Assembly (NCBI RefSeq): GCF_006345805.1
Contig: NW_021835834.1
Location: 1-38,578, forward strand
Source of the DNA: Octopus sinensis
Lineage: Eukaryota
Direction of reading: 5' to 3'
DNA length: 38,578 bases
The position numbers and the translations under genes were made by a program. This document shows positions 1 through 12,446 of this stretch, piece by piece. Below the pieces are notes generated by a model, which had not been told where the DNA came from, searched no databases, and was given only the letters and a program-made list of their open reading frames with translations. The stretch's first letter is position 1, and each line of letters starts with the position of its first letter.

Positions 1-1160
1 ATGGGAGTTTCAGAGCATCCTCCCTTCCAAAGTGGATCAGTTCGAATTTGTCTTCATTTAGTAACATGTTATTCTTTTCCGCCCATTGGACAACAGCCAG
101 TAGGTCTGACTGAAGGTTTATTCGGTCATCCACGCCATTGATGACCTTCTGGAGCTTGGAATCATCAGCGAAGGTTCTGATGTTACTGTGTTTGATGGTG
201 TCAGTAATATCATTTATGTAGATGATGAAGAGAAGTGGGCCCAACACAGTGCCTTGTGGGACACCACTGCTGACTTTGGCTGGGCTGGATTTGACTCCTT
301 CAACTACAACATGTTGGGTTCTGTTAGGCAGGAAGCACTTGATCCACTGCAGCAGCTTTCCAGTGACACCAATATTGGACAGCTTTCTCAGAAGGATCTT
401 ATGATCAACCCTGTCAAAGGCCTTGCTGAAATCAAGGTAGATGACATCAGTGTTGGAACCCTCTCCCAAGGCTCTCAAAATGTCATCAAAATGATGCAGT
501 AGCTGCGTCAGGCAATCTCTCCCATTACGGAATCCATGCTGGATGGAGTTCAGCATATTATGACTCTCAAGGAAGTGAGTCATACGTGATCTCAGCACTC
601 TCTCAAATACCTTAATGATATGAGAGGTGAGTGAGATTGGACGGTAATTCACGGCAAGCGATTTGTTTCCTTGTTTGAAAACTGGGATAACAGACTGGGA
701 TAGAAGGTCTTCTGGTATATATCCAGCATTCAGTGAGTTCCACCACAGATTGGCTAGAGGGGGTGCAAGTTGGTTTTGACACATCTTCAAGACACAAGCA
801 GGGAACCTATTGGGACCTACTGCTGAATTATGCTTCATTTCCTTTATTACTGCTAAGACATCAGGAGCGCCAAAGGTTATGTCCGATAAAGTGTATTGGG
901 GAGTAACATCACTGATACAGCCCAGATCAGTCATATCAGGATTGCTGAAAACAGAGCAATATTGTTTCTGCAATATCTCTCCCATGGTTTTGGCATTGTC
1001 TTGAAGAGTACCATTTTCATCAATCAGAGGGCCAACAGTAGAACCAGTGACTCTGTGTTTTTTGCAAATGAAAAGAACACTTTGGGATTGAGTTTGATCT
1101 TCTCAATGGCCCAGGCCTCTTCAGCTCTTCGCTGACTATTGATGATAGACATCATGTTGT
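1..1160 (-). mobile_element. CR1/L2/jockey-type non-LTR retrotransposon ORF2 fragment (reverse transcriptase), 5'-truncated, runs off the window start
   Basis: Hand translation of the minus strand gives NYRPISLTSHIIKVFER...QHGFRNGRDCLTQLL...YLDFSKAFDRVDH...SGVPQGTVLGPLLFIIYINDI...FADDSKL, the standard RT motifs. One apparent frameshift in an A-run near 1060-1070; otherwise open to position 1. Confidence 0.93.
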
Positions 1161-1193
1161 TTATATATACTACTGTAGTATATATATACTACT

Positions 1194-1590
1194 GTAGGAG
1201 TGGCTGTATGGTAAGTAGCTTGCTAACCAACCACATGGTTCCAGGTTCAGTCCCACTGCGTGATATCTTGGGCAAGTGTCTTCTGCTATAGCCCCGGGCC
1301 GACCAATGCCTTGTGAGTGGATTTGGTAGACGGAAACTGGAAGAAGCCTGTCGTATATATGTATATGTATATATATGTATGTGTGTCTGTGTTTGTTCCC
1401 CTAGCATTGCTTGACAGCCAATGCTGGTGTGTTTACGTCCCCGTCACTTAGCAGTTCGGCAAAAGAGACCGATAGAATAAGTACTGGGCTTACAAAGCAT
1501 AAGTCCCGGGGTCGATTTGCTCAACTAAAGGCGGTGCTCCAGCATGGCCGCAGTCAAATGACTGAAACAAGTAAATGAGTAAAAGAGTAT
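1194..1590 (+). mobile_element. tRNA-derived SINE, family A (dominant family in the window)
   Basis: Head GGAGTGGCTGTGTGGTAAG...GGTTC(C/A)GGTTCAGTCCC with A/B-box-like motifs, internal (TA/TG)n, tail ...GACTGAAACAAGT(AAAAGAGT)n. The same sequence recurs more than 12 times in the window. Confidence 0.9.
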
Positions 1591-1592
1591 AT

Positions 1593-1646
<54 letters not shown>

Positions 1647-1960
1647 GAGGGCATTATTACACATAAATGCCTCACACTAAGAGGGACATAAGTCATTACT
1701 ACCAAAATTTCACTAATCATACCCAATGCAGTTTTTCAAAGCAAGACATTTAAAAAATGAATTATATATAAAAAAATAAATAAATATATATATATAAATT
1801 AAATTAGAGATAAAACCACAATTAGGCAAATCAAACAGTGTAAAACATGAACCAGAACATAGAAATAAAATTAATTAATATAAAATTCAAAATTTAAATT
1901 ATTTAAATTTAAAGTTAAAAATTTAAAATTATTAATTTATATTTATAAATTTTTATATTT
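1647..1960 (-). repeat. AT-rich dispersed repeat; 1797-1940 is the reverse complement of 34080-34255 (possibly Penelope-associated)
   Basis: aaattagagataaaaccac...aaattcaaaatttaaatt matches the reverse complement of 34080-34255; 1647-1705 recurs at 3181-3238. Confidence 0.55.
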
Positions 1961-2115
1961 ATATATATATTTATATTTATTTTTATTTATTTATTTATTT
2001 ATTTTTTATTATTGAATATATATATAACTATGAAAAAGTATAAAAAGTTTAATATAAGATAAACAATATATGTGTGGTGTGTGTGTGTGTGGTGTGTGTG
2101 TGTGTGTATATATAT

Positions 2116-2518
2116 ACAGGAGTGGCTGTGTGGTAAGTAGCTTGCTTACAAACGACATGGTTCCGGGTTCAGTCCCACTGCGTGGCACCTTGGGCAAGTG
2201 TTTTCTACTATAGCCTTGGGCCGACCGAAGCCTTGTGAGTGGATTTGGTAGATGGAAACTGAAAGAAGCCCGTCGTATATATGTATATATATGTGTGTGT
2301 GTGTATGTTTGAATATGTGTTGTCCCCCACCAATATCGCTTGACAACCAATGCTGGTGTGTTTACGTTCCCGTAACTTAGCGATTCGGCAAAAGATACCG
2401 ATAGAATAAATACTAGGCTTACAAAGAATAAATCCTGGGGTCGATTTGCTCGACTAAAGGCGGTGCTCCAGCATGGCCGCAGTCAAATGACTGAAACAAG
2501 TAAAAGAGTAATAGAGTA
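2116..2518 (+). mobile_element. SINE family A copy
   Basis: Full head-to-tail match to 1194-1590. Confidence 0.9.
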
Positions 2519-2597
2519 AGCTAAATGTTTTCTACACCCGACATGTTTTCTACGTGTATATCTGGAAAATTTTGTTGGAGTATTCATTTTTAAAGCA

Positions 2598-2599
<2 letters not shown>

Positions 2600-2651
<52 letters not shown>

Positions 2652-2652
2652 C
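2600..2652. repeat. (GA)n microsatellite
   Basis: Direct reading. Confidence 0.95.
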
Positions 2653-2855
2653 AGGAAAGGAATGATTCTAAAAAAAATATTTCCAATTCCACCCTTCATA
2701 GTTACAATCTTGGAGGAATTCAGCAAAATCATTTCTTCCTAATTTGTATCTCTGGAAATTTTCGTCATAAAATCGGTCGGTGGAGCATACGTCTATATTT
2801 TGGGAATGTAATTACGTTACATATTTTATATATATTTTAAATTCCTACAGATAGG

Positions 2856-3420
2856 TGCAGGAGTGGCTGTGTGGTAAGTAGCTTGTCTATCAACCACATG
2901 GTTCTGGGTCAGTCCCACTGCGTGGCATCTTGGGTAAGCGTCTCTACTACTACAGGCTCAGGCCGACCAAAGCCTTGTGAGTGATTTGGTAGACGGAAAC
3001 TGAAAGAAGCCCATTGTATATATGTATATATATATATTTATATATATGCGTGTGTGTGTTTGTGTTGTCTGTGTTTATTCCCATAGCATTGCTTGACAAC
3101 CGATGCTCGTGTTGTATGTCCCAGTTACTTATGACTGAAACAGTAAAAGAGTAAAAGAGTATATAATATATAATATTAATAGAGGGCATTATTACACATA
3201 AATGCCTCACACTAAGAGGGCCTAAGTCATTACTACCCCTAGCATTGCTTGACAACCGATGCTGGTGTGTTTACGTCCCCGTTACTTAGCGGTTCGGCAA
3301 AAGCGACCAATAGAATAAGTACTGGGCTTACAAAAGAATAAGTCCCGGGGTCGAGTTCCTCGATTAAAGGCGGTGCTCCAGCAGCCGCAGTCAAATGACT
3401 GAAACAAGTAAAATAGTAAA
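2856..3420 (+). mobile_element. Rearranged SINE family A pieces (internally deleted copy plus a separate 3' half)
   Basis: Head at 2856, tail fragments at ~3130-3160 and 3235-3420. Confidence 0.75.
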
Positions 3421-3644
3421 GAATGGGTGAATGTTTTAAATACTTCTATTATTTACAAACATTCGTTGATTTACCTATTTCCAGGTGTGAATACAGAGTA
3501 ATTGCTTCAATTTGAACCTGGTCTGGGGAGTTTTCTCACTGGGATTTCTAATGGTTATATAAATGGGATCCAGTCCAATCATAAATTCACAAATTGTTAT
3601 TGTATTTCAGCAGGAAAAACAAAAAGAAAAGAGTTAAAAAGAAC

Positions 3645-4165
3645 GAACTATACATAAGGGTGGAGTTCAGGTCTAAGCACCCTTCTCCTTCCTTTTCTTT
3701 TTTTTTTTCTCTCCCCCAAATTTCTTCGGATTCCTGTTTTCCTAATAACTTCAAGAAAAATGGGTATTTTTAATGAAAGATGTTATGAATATAATTACAA
3801 TTGCCGAGTCTGTGTGTCTGTCATAAATGTCATAGGTATCCTTTATCTTTTACATGTTTCAGTCATTTGACTGCGACCATACTGGGGCACCGCCTTGAAG
3901 TGTTTTAGTCGAACGAATCGATTCCAGGACTTTTTTTTTAAGCCTTATATTTATTCTATCGGCCTTTTTCGCAAAACCAGGGCATAAACACACCAACACC
4001 TGTTGTCAAACGGTGATAGGATACAAACGCAAACAAACTATACATAAGGGTGGAGTTCAGGTCTAAGCACCCTCCTCCTTCCTTTTCTGTTTTTTTTCTC
4101 CCCCCCAATTTCTTCGGATTCCTGTTTTCCTAATAACTTCAAGAAAAACGGATATTTTTAATGAA
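3645..4165 (+). repeat. ~125-bp direct repeat (3645-3775 and 4037-4165) flanking a minus-strand SINE A fragment; 3775-4040 is also duplicated at 6008-6260
   Basis: aactatacataagggtggagttcaggtctaagcacc... appears twice; aaagatgttatgaatataa... appears twice. Confidence 0.8.
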
Positions 4166-4534
4166 TTTTCTATAAATAACGCTTCAGATGGTACAAACCC
4201 GATTATATCAGAATTTGTTGAGGAAGAATTTTTCTGTGGGTGAGAAAAGGGGTTTCAGAAAATCCCAACGAGTCGGGGTGAGGCACACAAGTAGAGGTAG
4301 GCTGAATTTTCTTACCTGTTGCTTTCTTTAGTCCGGATATTTTTAGTATCCTAATTTGACACAGCAACTTCTGTTTTGATGTGAATGTTGTCTTGAATGA
4401 CATAATTTTAATACAAGGTAGGCGTACTAAACAGAAAGAGGAATATTTATGAATGGTGATAGGGGGGATAGTAAGAGATAAGAGGAAGGGAGGGAAAGGC
4501 AGTTGTGACATAAAGGTGTCAACTGCTTTATATT

Positions 4535-4840
4535 ATATATCACGTGATCACGTGACCGACCAGGCTATCAGATGTAGTTACACATCGCTGGTCACAATGC
4601 ATTCGCATTGTTTTAGCCTTCGAATGACGTCACCCCGCTGGCTAAGTGAGCAGGCCAACAGAAGAAAGAGTGAGAGAAAGTTGTGGCGAAAGAGTAGAGC
4701 AGGGGTCGCCACCACCCCCTGCCGGAGCCTCGTGGAGCTTTTAGGTGTTTTCGCTCAATAAACACACACAACGCCCGGTCTGGGAATCGAAACCGCGATC
4801 CTACGACCGCTGCCCTAACTACTGGGCCATTGCGCCTCTA
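4535..4840 (-). mobile_element. tRNA-derived SINE family B1 (tail ...GGTCGGTCACGTGATATA)
   Basis: Reverse complement gives GCGCAATGGCCCAGTAGTTAGGGCAGCGG...GGTTTCGATTCCC; matches the plus-strand copy at 28375-28665. Confidence 0.85.
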
Positions 4841-4981
4841 CATATTATATATACTTTATACTATATATATAAATCAACAGCAAAGTAACAATACCTCATT
4901 CTTTCTTCTTATCAGTTACCGGGGGGGGGGGGGGGGCCTTATGTGTGTGTGTGTGTGTCTTTGTGTCAGTATTGACAACTG

Positions 4982-5818
4982 GGATCTTTTCCGTTTGAAC
5001 GGCAGTTTTTTCTACCGGTGTCATATGAAATTGTCACCCATAATTATGACCCTAGTATCGATCTATTGCATTTCAATCTGTTTTAGGGTTAGGGGTGAGT
5101 TAGGGGTGGTGGAAGGGTATCTTTTTTTGTCTTCACAAATGTAAATAAACCCAATCTGTTTCTTAAACGAGGGACATTTTCATATGGCACAGAATGTTTT
5201 CATCTCAATAGACGTCATTGATTGGTTGAAATTGCAGAAATTGAAGAAAAAAAAACAACAAATATCTTACAAACTATAGAATTTTCTCAATAAAGCCAAG
5301 AGAAAAAGATGTTTTATAAACACATTCTACCAGTATACGAAGTTTAAAAGTGTTTAGTTACCTACTCTTTTACTCTTTTACTTGTTTCAGTCATTTGACT
5401 GCGGCCATGCTGGAGCACCGCCTTTAGTCGAGCATATCGACCCCGGAACTTATTCTTTGGAAGCCCAGTACTTATTCTATCAGTATCTTTTGCCGAAACG
5501 CTAAGTAATGGGGATGTAAACACACCAGCATCGGTTGTCAAGCAATGCTAGGGGAACAAACACAGACACACAAACATATACACACACACTTATACATATA
5601 TACATATATACGACGGGCTTCTTTCAGTTTCTGTCTCCCAAATCCACTCACAAGGCATTGGTCAGCCCGTGGCTATAGCAGAAGACACTTGCCCAAGATG
5701 CCACGCAGTGGGACTGAACCCGGAACCATGTGGTTGGTTAGCAAGCTACTTACCACACAGCCACTTTATATATACCTAGAAATTATTTTAAAAAACTAAC
5801 GTTCAAACCGAAAAGATA
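4982..5818. mobile_element. MITE with ~28-bp TIRs (GGATCTTTTCGGTTTGAACGGCAGTTTTT), carrying a nested minus-strand SINE A at ~5364-5765
   Basis: TIRs at both ends; internal sequence is shared with 19434-19850 and 29024-29431; the SINE is flanked by a short TACCT repeat. Confidence 0.85.
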
Positions 5819-6268
5819 TCTGATAATGGTGTGTTTATGTCACCTTGACATAGCAGTTCAACAAAAAACCGATATAATAAGTACTATGCTTCAAATATAA
5901 CATTCTGCTTCATTTTTATTCTTTTCATTACCATTTTGTCTTTGTCTTTTAATTAAAAACAACACAACCATTCCTTCTAACATCATTAGCAGAAACTGTA
6001 ACATCAAAGATGTTATGAATATAATAACAACTACCGAGTCTGTGTGTCTGTCGTAAATGTCATGGGTATCATATATCTTTTACATGTTTCAGTCATTTGA
6101 CTGCGACCATACTGGGGCACCGCCTTGAAGTGTTTTAGTCGAACGATTCGATTCCAGGACTTTTTTTTTTAAGCCTTATACTTATTCTATCGGCCTTTTT
6201 CGCAAAACCAGGACATAAACACACCAACACCTGTTGTCAAACGGTGATAGGACACAAACGCAAACACA

Positions 6269-6309
<41 letters not shown>

Positions 6310-6737
6310 CACGTACACTGGGCTTCCATTCAGTTTCCATCTACCAGATCCATTCGCAAGGCCTTAGTGAGTCCGAGGAAATAGAAGACACTTGCCCGAG
6401 ATATATCAAAACAAAAAGGGATTTATAAGGTATTCGTAATCAAGAGGAAACACATCTTAAGCTCTTTGTGATTAAAAAATTTCAGTCAAACATTCCATCA
6501 AGGTATAAAGTTGTGCTATCAACCCTCCCTTAGTTAAGTAGATATGGAAGGTGGGGGTGGGTGCTTTCTGATAAAAATGAACCAGGATTCTATTACACAA
6601 TTTAGCCTGATTTTCATTGGTCTGAGTGGATGACAAAAGGACGTTAAATTCTCAATCTGACACATAGGAAATTTCAGATTTCACTACACCTTAATGTAAA
6701 GCTATTCTTTCCCCCTCCTCTCTCTCTCTCTTCTCTC

Positions 6738-6769
<32 letters not shown>

Positions 6770-6834
6770 TTATATATGCATGTATATATACATGTAGATG
6801 TAGGTACGTACATATATGTTTGTATGTATGCATA

Positions 6835-6865
<31 letters not shown>

Positions 6866-7023
6866 TTTTATTTATCTCCTATATATCTATATTATATATA
6901 TCTATATCAATCAATTATTCCTTTCCGGATGCAATCTGTAAAAAGTAACTATTTTTTGTTGTTTTTTTTTACTGTTGTACTTTTTCTCTGTCACCCAGCT
7001 TTTCTTTTTATTGTTGTTAAACA

Positions 7024-7448
7024 AGGCACAGGAGTGGCTGTGTGGTAAGTAGCTTGTTACCAACCACATGGTTCCAGGTTCAGTCCCTGCATGACACCTT
7101 GGCAAGTGTCTTCTATATCCTCGGGCCGACCAATGCCTTGTGAGTGGATTTGGTAGACGGAAACTGAAAAAGCCCGCGCGTATATATGTATATATATGTT
7201 ATATATATATGCGTGTGTGTGTGTGTGTTTGTGTGTCTATGTTGTCCCCCCTAGCATTGCTTGACAACCGATGCTGGTGTGTTTATGTCCCCATCACTTA
7301 GCAGTTCGGCAAAAGAGACCGATAGAATAAGTACTGGACTTACAAAAGAATAAGTACCGGGGTCGAATTGCTCGATTAAAGGCGGTGCTCCAGCATGGCC
7401 GCAGTCAAAATGACTGAAACAAGTAAAAGAGTAAAAGGGTAAAAGAGT
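7024..7448 (+). mobile_element. SINE family A copy
   Basis: Full head-to-tail match. Confidence 0.9.
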
Positions 7449-7449
7449 T

Positions 7450-9625
7450 ATACAAGAAAAAAAAAAGCTCGTCTCTCATGGTTTTAAAACGCTTGCCTTC
7501 TTCTTTATATCATCCACAACGTAAAACATTAATGCAAAATAGGTGACCCTCACCTCTCTTTTACTCTTTACTCTTTTACGTGTTTCAGTCATTTGACTGT
7601 GGCCATGCTGGAGCACCACCTTTTTAGTCAACCAAATCGATCCCCCCCCCCCAGGACTTATTCTTTGTAAGCCTAGTACTTATCTATCTCTCTTTTGCCG
7701 AACCGCTAGTTTACTCTTTTACTTGTTTGAGTCATTTGACTGTGGCCATGCTGGAGCACCACCTTTTTAGTCAAGCAAATCGATCCCCCCCAGGACTTAT
7801 TCTTTGTAAGCCTAGTACTTATTCCATCAGTCTCTTTTGCCGAACCGCTAAGTTTACTCTTTTACTCGTTTCAGTCATTTGACTGTGGCCATGCTGGAGC
7901 ACCACCTTTTTAGTCCAGCAAATCGATCCCCCCCAGGACTTATCTTGTAAGCCTAGTACTTATTCTATCGGTCTCTTTTGCCGAACCGCTAAGTTACGGG
8001 GACGTAAACACACAGCATCGGTTGTCAAGCGATGTTGGGGGGGACAAACACAGACACCCACACACACACATATATATTTTATACATTATATACGACGGGT
8101 TTCTTTCAGTTTCCGTCTACCAAATCCACTCACAAGGCTTTGGTCGGCCCGAGTCTATAGTAAAGACACTTGCCCAAGGTGCCACGCAGTGGGACTGAAC
8201 CCAGAACCATCTGGTTGGTAAGCAAGCTACTACCACACAGCAACTCCTGCGCTTATATATATACATATATACGACGGGTTTCTTTCAGTTTCCCTCTAAC
8301 CAATCCACTCACAAGCTTTGGTCGGCCCGAGTCATAGTAGAAACACTTGCCCAAGGTGCCACGCAGTGGACTGAACCCGAACCATGTGGTTGGTAAGCAA
8401 GCTACTTACCACACAGCAACTCCTGCGCTTATATATTATCTATCATGTTCGATTATTTGCTTTCAGATCAATCGGTAAAAAGTAACTTTTCTTTGTTGTT
8501 TTTTTTTACTGTTGTACTTCTTTCTTTCTCGGTGACCCAGCTTTTCTGTTTATTGTTGTTAACAAAGTATCTTTATACAAGAAAAAAACTCGTCTGTCAT
8601 GGTTTTAAAACGCTTGCCTTCTTTTTTATATCATCCACAACGTAAAACATTAATGCAATAGGTGACCCTCACCTCTCTTTTACTCTTTACTCTTTTACGT
8701 GTTTCAGTCATTTGACTGTGGCCATGCTGGAGCACCACCTTTTTAGTCACCAAATCGATCCCCCCCCCCCCAGGACTTATTCTTTGTAAGCCTAGTACTT
8801 ATTCTATCAGTCTCTTTTGCCGAACCGCTAAGTTTACTCTTTTACTTGTTTGAGTCATTTGACTGTGGCCATGCTGGAGCACCACCTTTTTAGTCAAGCA
8901 AATCGATCCCCCCCAGGACTTATTCTTTGTAAGCCTAGTACTTATTCCATCAGTCTCTTTTGCCGAACCGCTAAGTTTACTCTTTTACTCGTTTCAGTCA
9001 TTTGACTGTGGCCATGCTGGAGCACCACCTTTTTAGTCAAGCAAATCGATCCCCCCCAGGACTTATTCTTTGTAAGCCTAGTACTTATTCTATCGGTCTC
9101 TTTTGCCGAACCGCTAAGTTACGGGGACGTAAACACACCAGCATCGGTTGTCAAGCGATGTTGGGGGGGACAAACACAGACACCCACACACACACATATA
9201 TATATGTATACATATATATACGACGGGTTTCTTTCAGTTTCCGTCTACCAAATCCACTCACAAGGCTTTGGTCGGCCCGAGTCTATAGTAGAAGACACTT
9301 GCCCAAGGTGCCACGCAGTGGGACTGAACCCGGAACCATGTGGTTGGTAAGCAAGCTACTTACCACACAGCAACTCCTGCGCTTATATATATCTATGTTC
9401 GATTATTTGCTTTCCAGATACAATCGGTAAAAAGTACTTTTCTTTGTTGTTGTTTTTTTTACTGTTGTACTTCTTTTCTCGGTGACCCAGCTTTTCTGTT
9501 TATTGTTGTTAAACAAAGTATCTTTATACAAGAAAAAAAACTCGTCTGTCATGGTTTTAAAACGCTTGCCTTCTTTTTTATATCATCCACAACGTAAAAC
9601 ATTAATGCAAAATAGGTGACCCTGA
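7450..9625. repeat. Local tandem duplication (~1.0-1.1 kb period) of unique flank plus a minus-strand SINE A with a triplicated tail
   Basis: The block tatacaagaaaaaa...cgcttgccttc...ggtgaccct occurs at ~7450, ~8575 and ~9525; the SINE tail unit (~130-150 bp) occurs three times in each copy. Confidence 0.85.
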
Positions 9626-9763
9626 CCTGTGAAATCTTATTTGGCAACTGACGCAAATAATGATCAAAACAACTTCTACAACTTTTAAGCAAACTTTTTC
9701 AGATTTGTGAACAATCCAGGTGAATGGTTGTATTACTATTTTGTGAATATTTGTGAACAATAC

Positions 9764-9929
9764 AGGTGCAGGAGTGGCTGTGTGGTAAGTAGCTTGCTTA
9801 CCAACCACATGGTTCCGGGTTCAGTCCCACTCGCTGGCACCTTGGGCAAGTGTCTTCTATTATAGTCTCGGGCCCACCAAAGCCTTGTGACTGGATTTGG
9901 TAGACGGAAACTGAAAGTAGCCCGTCGTA

Positions 9930-9980
<51 letters not shown>

Positions 9981-10200
9981 ATGTATGTATGTTTGTGTGT
10001 CTGTGTTTGTCTCCCCAACATCACTTGACAACCGATGCTGGTGTATTTACGTCCCCGTAACTAAGCGGTTCGGCAAAAGAGACTGATAGAATAAGTACTA
10101 GGCTTACAAAGAATAAGTCCTGGGGTCGATTTGCTCGACTAAAGGTGGTGCTCCAGCATGGCCACAGTCACATCACTGAAACAAAAGGGTAAAAGAGAAT
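9764..10200 (+). mobile_element. SINE family A copy
   Basis: Full head-to-tail match. Confidence 0.88.
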
Positions 10201-10514
10201 ACAACCATTCAACTATTTCTCTCTCTCTCTCTCTTTCTCTCTCCCTCTCTCGCTTTCTTTCACTCTCTCCCTCTCCCCCACTCTCTCTCTCTTTCTTTTG
10301 GTGAGCTGGCAGAATCATTAGACTGTGGCCATTCTGGGGCACCACATTAAAGAACTTTCAGACGAGGCAATTGAACCGAAGACTTCTTTTTTTTAAAGCC
10401 AGGTTCTCCTTTTGCCGAACCGCTAAGTTAAGGAGATGCAAATACACCAGGGACTATGGTCAAGCGCTGGGTCAATCCAATCACAGACAGAAAGACACAC
10501 ACACACACACACAT

Positions 10515-10596
10515 GTATGTGTGTAGATATATACATATATATATATATATATATGATGATGATGATATACATACATATATATATATATATATTATA

Positions 10597-10627
<31 letters not shown>

Positions 10628-10632
10628 CACAC

Positions 10633-10670
<38 letters not shown>

Positions 10671-10695
10671 TATATACATATATTTTTTTTTTTTA
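10515..10695. repeat. (TA)n/(CA)n microsatellite
   Basis: Direct reading. Confidence 0.95.
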
Positions 10696-10759
10696 TTTTA
10701 TCTAGATTCTGCTCACAAGCTGTGGCCATGCTGGGGCACCGCCATTTGGTGTTGCTACA

Positions 10760-11599
10760 TGAATTTACTTCACGAATGCTTTTTAGCAATTGCCATTTGG
10801 TGCATGAGAGAGTTCGATGCAGCTGCCCTCATCTGCACCTCCTGCCGTGAAGTTGGTTCATCTGGGATACCTGACAAGAAGAGATCCAGTTTCATTTTAA
10901 AGACATCTGCATCCACCCCATGCAGGTCTCTTAGGTTCTTCGGGAGGATATTGAAGAGCTGTGGGCCTCGGAAGCCCAGGCTATCACAGTATCTTGTCCT
11001 ACATCTTGATGGCAAATTTGGAGTCCTTGGCACTATGCAGTGGCGCCCAGTTCTGGCATTTGTGTAACTCTCGATGCCAAAGTTTGGGACAAGTCCTTCT
11101 AGGATCTTCCAGATGTATATTATGGCATATCTTTCTCGCCTACACTTTAAGGAATAGAGTCTCAATCTCTTGAGTCTTTCCCAATAGCTTATATGCTGCA
11201 CAGAGGCTATCTTCTTTGTGTAGCTTTGTTGGATTGCCTCAAGTTCAGTGATTAACTTGACACTGGATGGTGACCATAGCTGAGAGCAATAGTCAAAGTG
11301 GCTTAGGACAAGTGTCCTCCAGAGGACCATCATGGTTTCCTGGTCTCTTGTTCTAAAGGTTCTAAGAATCCATCCGGTCAGCCGCCTACATCTCATTGCC
11401 AATTTAGCAACATGCACATGAAAAGTTGCATCATCACTCATGTAAATACCTAGGTCTCGCACTGATTATGCCTCTGGGATTGCAAATCCTCCGAGTCCAG
11501 TGTATTCATTGGGTATTGCATTCAGTTTTGCATGCTGATAGTATAAAGCTTGAAACTTTTCAGCATTGAACTGCATGCTATTCTTTTCAGCCCACTTAC
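10760..11599 (-). mobile_element. CR1/L2-type LINE ORF2 3' fragment (5'-truncated, one internal stop)
   Basis: ORF 10770-11462 (RDLGIYMSDD...FDYCSQLWSP...YWERLKRLRLYSL...RRERY..IYIWKIL) plus upstream [15 protein letters not shown], typical of the post-RT region of CR1-group LINEs. Confidence 0.9.
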
Positions 11600-11600
11600 A

Positions 11601-11674
<74 letters not shown>

Positions 11675-11732
11675 GTATATATATATATGTATAATATATA
11701 TATATACATATATATTATATATATATATATAC

Positions 11733-11795
<63 letters not shown>

Positions 11796-11813
11796 CATAC
11801 ATTATATACATAC

Positions 11814-11868
<55 letters not shown>

Positions 11869-11887
11869 TATACATACATATATATAC

Positions 11888-11941
<54 letters not shown>

Positions 11942-11954
11942 TATACATACATAT

Positions 11955-12021
<67 letters not shown>
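11600..12021. repeat. Long (TA)n/(TACA)n microsatellite
   Basis: Direct reading. Confidence 0.97.
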
Positions 12022-12023
<2 letters not shown>

Positions 12024-12051
12024 GAAATACTAAATCAAATTAGAAAAAAAA

Positions 12052-12299
12052 CACCTTTTATCAATTCAAAATGAAAAATCAAATTACACCATCTAGAAAA
12101 TTACATATAATAGAAAGATTAAATATACGATAAAAAATATAACATTAATTAAGTAATGTGCAAAATATATACGTTTTATTTATTATTTTGCACATTACTT
12201 AATTATCGTTATATGTTTTATCTTACATTTAATCTTTCTATTATATGTAATTTTCTAGATAGTGTAATTTAATTTTTCATTTTGAATTGATAAAAGGTG
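12052..12299. repeat. ~250-bp near-perfect palindrome (foldback)
   Basis: Left arm cacctttta tcaattcaaaatgaaaa...aagtaatgtgcaaaata pairs with right arm tattttgcacattactt...ttttcattttgaattgataaaaggtg. Confidence 0.9.
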
Positions 12300-12446
12300 G
12301 TTTTCTCAAAGCAGAATTCTTCCCACAGAACAATTAAAAGCTAAAAGATGATTAGATCAATGCTCCACAACCTTTGTTTTATATTCTTTGCAAAATTCGG
12401 TGGCACACCTGAACTAGAAATATGACTAATAGTATAGGGGAAAAAG

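Noticed and set aside
188-1135. Plus-strand ORFs 188-502, 810-1004 and 896-1135
   Set aside because: Antisense shadows of the LINE RT frame.
4188-4296. Possible plus-strand exon (AG|ATGGTACAA...AGAG|GTAGG, MVQTRLYQNLL...)
   Set aside because: No recognisable protein similarity and no partner exons found.
5085-5110. TTAGGG-like motifs (also near 19535 and 29125)
   Set aside because: Only two or three degenerate units, and they are part of the MITE consensus, not an interstitial telomere.
10423-11989. Ile/Tyr-rich ORFs (IYIYIY...)
   Set aside because: Translations of (TA)n microsatellites.
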